In this document: piece by piece, positions 61,163-64,000 of the stretch
How the letters are laid out: the number at the start of each line of letters is the position of its first letter
How positions within the stretch are numbered: the stretch's first letter is position 1
Source: an uncultured Lachnospiraceae bacterium
GTDB lineage: Bacteria > Bacillota > Clostridia > Lachnospirales > Lachnospiraceae
DNA: 64,000 nucleotides
Direction of reading: 5' to 3'
Assembly (NCBI GenBank): GCA_910580015.1
Contig: CAJTVT010000011.1
Location: 674 to 64,673 of the forward strand
The notes under the pieces: generated by a model
Databases searched by the model: none
The model's input: the letters and a program-made list of their open reading frames with translations, nothing else
Told to the model about the DNA's origin: nothing
Program-made: the position numbers and the translations under genes

Positions 61163-62698
61163 ATGACAGATCATGTAGCAGAATTTCGTGGAGATTTAAA
61201 AGAATTTCATGAAATGACAGAAAAATTCTACAAAAAAGAAATCAATGTAGCACAATACAAAGGATTTTCCGGCGGTTTTGGAAGTTATGCACAAAGAGGT
61301 GGCAATGCCAGTATGTTACGACTGCGTTTGACCGGAGGAGAAATCACCAAAGACCAATTAAAATTTATCGCTGACAGCGTTGAGAAATATGAAATTTCCC
61401 TTACCCACATCACCACCTGCCAAAGCTTGCAACTTCATAACCTTTCTGAAGAACAAGTCTGCGCTTTGATCGAAGAAGCTTTTGACCATGGCATCATCAC
61501 ACGAGGCGGCGGTGGAGATTTTCCTAGAAACGTAATGTGTTCCCCTCTTTCTGGCGTGCAGCAGGGAGAATATTTTGACGTAATTCCCTATGCAAAGGAA
61601 GCTGCTGACTATCTTCTGGGCTTTATCAAAAAGGTGAAATTGCCTCGTAAATTAAAAGTTTGCTTCTCAAATTGTGAGGAAAACGTAACTCATGCCACCT
61701 TCCGTGACCTGGGTTTTGTGGCAAAAGAAAATGGTATGTTTGACGTATACAGCGCCGGAGGACTTGGACGCAGTCCAAGAATGGGAGCTCTGGTTGCCAC
61801 AGATGTGGAACCCTCTAAAATCCTGTATTGTATCAAAGCCATGGTAGATACCTTTACCGCCCATGGCAACTATGAAAAACGGGCAGCGGCACGTACTCGT
61901 TTCATGCAGGAAACAATGGGAACTGAAAACTATATCAAGGCTTATCAGGAATATTTCAAAAAAGCGCTGGCTGAGGAATCTTTGGACCTGAAGCATGTGG
62001 AGATCCCGAAAATTACCAAACAGGGAAATGGCACCTTGGACAACCCTAGAGCCATCTCTCAAAAACAACCTGGTCTCTATGCCGTTTCCTACCATCCAAT
62101 AGGCGGAAGTCCCAAGCCAGAATTTTTCCGCAAGTTGTATGATACGATTCTTCCTATGGAGGATGTTGTGGTACGCCTTTCCCCAGATGAGGGCATGTAT
62201 CTTATTAACCTGACTGCAAAAGAAGCAGAAACAATCCTGTCTCTTACCGCAGATAGTGCACAGAATACCTTTGAATCCTCCGTCGCCTGCATTGGCGCTT
62301 CCATCTGCCAGGTTGGTGCGAGAGATTCCCAGAGCCTGCTTGCCGCCTGCGTGGAAAGAGTTCGCAAAGAAAATTTTGCAGATGGTGTGCTTCCCAAAAT
62401 CCATATTTCTGGATGCCCCTCTTCCTGTTCCGCGCATCAGATTGCACCCTTGGGATTTCGCGGTGGTGTAAGACAGACTCCAGACGGTCCAAAACCTGCT
62501 TTTGCCGTATTTGAACAGGGCTGTGAAACACAAGGAAAAGAAGCTTTTGGAGAAGATCTGGGTGTGATGCTAGAATCTGATATCCCGGAATTTCTGGCAG
62601 AGCTTGGAACAGCCATCTCCGCCTGCAATCAGACTTATGAGCAGTTCCTTTCTGAGCATCGTGACCAGTTTATGGATATTGTACAGAAATATATTTAA
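61163..62698 (+). CDS. Nitrite/sulfite reductase (siroheme/4Fe-4S hemoprotein-like)
   Basis: MLRLR..GG, LPRK.K, C.GASICQ and SGCPSSC cysteine motifs; AAGGAGG RBS. Confidence 0.88.
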   Translation: MTDHVAEFRGDLKEFHEMTEKFYKKEINVAQYKGFSGGFGSYAQRGGNASMLRLRLTGGEITKDQLKFIADSVEKYEISLTHITTCQSLQLHNLSEEQVCALIEEAFDHGIITRGGGGDFPRNVMCSPLSGVQQGEYFDVIPYAKEAADYLLGFIKKVKLPRKLKVCFSNCEENVTHATFRDLGFVAKENGMFDVYSAGGLGRSPRMGALVATDVEPSKILYCIKAMVDTFTAHGNYEKRAAARTRFMQETMGTENYIKAYQEYFKKALAEESLDLKHVEIPKITKQGNGTLDNPRAISQKQPGLYAVSYHPIGGSPKPEFFRKLYDTILPMEDVVVRLSPDEGMYLINLTAKEAETILSLTADSAQNTFESSVACIGASICQVGARDSQSLLAACVERVRKENFADGVLPKIHISGCPSSCSAHQIAPLGFRGGVRQTPDGPKPAFAVFEQGCETQGKEAFGEDLGVMLESDIPEFLAELGTAISACNQTYEQFLSEHRDQFMDIVQKYI

Positions 62699-62708
62699 TT
62701 ATTATTAG

Positions 62709-62754
62709 CGCCTGATATCCAGCACACTAGCTAAACTCTGCTGGATATCAGGCG
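62709..62754. terminator. Stem-loop after the reductase
   Basis: 15-bp arms CGCCTGATATCCAGC/GCTGGATATCAGGCG. Confidence 0.65.
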
Positions 62755-62801
62755 GCCAGTGCAATTCGTATAACATTTCTAAATATCATTGAAACATAAC
62801 A

Positions 62802-62830
62802 TTGACTTTCTTTTATTCTCTTACTATAAT
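62802..62830 (+). promoter_or_regulatory. SigA-type promoter of the Uma2 gene
   Basis: TTGACT-17-TATAAT. Confidence 0.7.
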
Positions 62831-62916
62831 TTGTAACAAAGATAATAATATCTAAAACAAAAAACTCTTCAACCAACACTAACCCAAATACAAGAACCTA
62901 GAAAGGAAGTATTACC

Positions 62917-63468
62917 ATGTCACTAGCACAAGAGAGACTTTATACGATTGATGATATTTACAACTTACCAGAAGGCAGCCGGGCAGAGCTGGTTGACGGA
63001 AAACTATTTATGATGGCGCCACCCAGCCGTAAACACCAGACAATCGTCAGAGAACTCTTTTCCTCTATTAATTCCTATATCAAGTCAAACAGCGGTTCTT
63101 GTGAGACTTTCTTCGCCCCATTTGCCGTATTCTTAAATGAAAATGCTAACTATGTCGAACCAGATATCAGTGTTATATGTGACAAAAATAAGCTCACAGA
63201 TAAAGGCTGTTCTGGCGCTCCAGACTGGATAATCGAGGTCGTTTCGCCAGGTAGCAAGAGGATGGACTATTACACAAAGCTATTTAAATATCGTACTGCT
63301 GGCGTCCGAGAATATTGGATCGTGGATCCAGAAAAAGACCACATACTTGTTTACAATTTTGAATTAGAATACACAGACGATTATACTTTTTCTGATACGA
63401 TAAAAGCAGGCATCTACGACGATTTATACATCAACTTTTCTGAAATTGCTGCTGTGTTAAACATTTAA
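62917..63468 (+). CDS. Uma2-family (PD-(D/E)XK) endonuclease-like protein
   Basis: EL.DG..M.PP..HQ, EPD, PDWIIEV.SP, GVREYWIVDP. Confidence 0.92.
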   Translation: MSLAQERLYTIDDIYNLPEGSRAELVDGKLFMMAPPSRKHQTIVRELFSSINSYIKSNSGSCETFFAPFAVFLNENANYVEPDISVICDKNKLTDKGCSGAPDWIIEVVSPGSKRMDYYTKLFKYRTAGVREYWIVDPEKDHILVYNFELEYTDDYTFSDTIKAGIYDDLYINFSEIAAVLNI

Positions 63469-63565
63469 TCCAAAAGCAACAGTGTACACACTGTTGCCTT
63501 CTGACTTGACGAACTATTCTCCATATCAACTATTACAAATACGTAGATTCACCTACTATTTTCAA

Positions 63566-63976
63566 TTATTTGGTTATAATAACTCCTCCATATCCTATTA
63601 CAATTTTACATCGCATCAAAATAATATTATCACCCTTTTTCCCTTGAAAAGAATAACTGTGCATACATTTTTCAAATATTTCAGCCAATTTAGATTGATA
63701 TATGTCATCATCATGAAACACACTTCGTATCAGTTGTTCAAGAATAATCCATGGTAAGATATACAAACCAATTTCAGTCTGAAAATACATGTCTTTTCCT
63801 ATCTCGAATATCCTATCTACAAATCAGATTTTAACAATATGAAGTATTTGAGACATACTCCCAATAGCATACTTATCCTTTTACCATTTTCAGTCTTTAT
63901 AGCAACATTTATATTTTATTTGGCTTTTCATGCAAAATAAGAACTTTACTATTGTACAAATCCTAGCTCCCCCCAT
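63566..63976 (-). pseudogene. Possible degraded AT-rich gene
   Basis: AAGGAG RBS with ATG near 63976, but the frames are broken by stops; a 74-aa fragment remains at 63566..63790. Confidence 0.3.
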
Positions 63977-64000
63977 AGAATTGCTCCTTCTAAATTTGCT

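Overview
Chromosomal window from a spore-forming Clostridia member; gene content and order suggest Lachnospiraceae. Bases 1..~13301 are one end of an integrative conjugative element (ICE) on the minus strand. It carries VirB4, PrgI/VirB3-like, NlpC/P60+3D hydrolase, VirB6-like and pilin-like genes, a DUF1492-like activator, a tandem-HTH protein, a DUF5348-like gene, and a frameshifted fic cassette bracketed by ~198-bp direct repeats. The element abuts spoIVB, which stops at ...GGVIQGM*, exactly one codon before the catalytic serine of the conserved GMSGSP motif. The main candidate system is therefore a conjugative element that splits a sporulation protease gene at its active site and would need to excise, skin-like, to restore it. 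The other end, the integrase and the 3' part of spoIVB are not in the window, so excision is inferred, not shown. The rest (13.3-64 kb) is core genome: recN-argR-nadK-tlyA-dxs-ispA-xseBA-nusB, metA, ligA, tRNA-Arg(CCG), aro genes, xerD, spoIIM, rny-recX-recA, trxA, a KdpDE-like pair, a polysaccharide deacetylase, prfC, a MATE transporter, a complete spoIIIAA-AH operon, an ABC exporter pair, LysR with a sulfite/nitrite reductase, and Uma2. The intergenic regions hold several families of palindromic or MITE-like repeats. Family names come from recognition of motifs and synteny, not from database searches.
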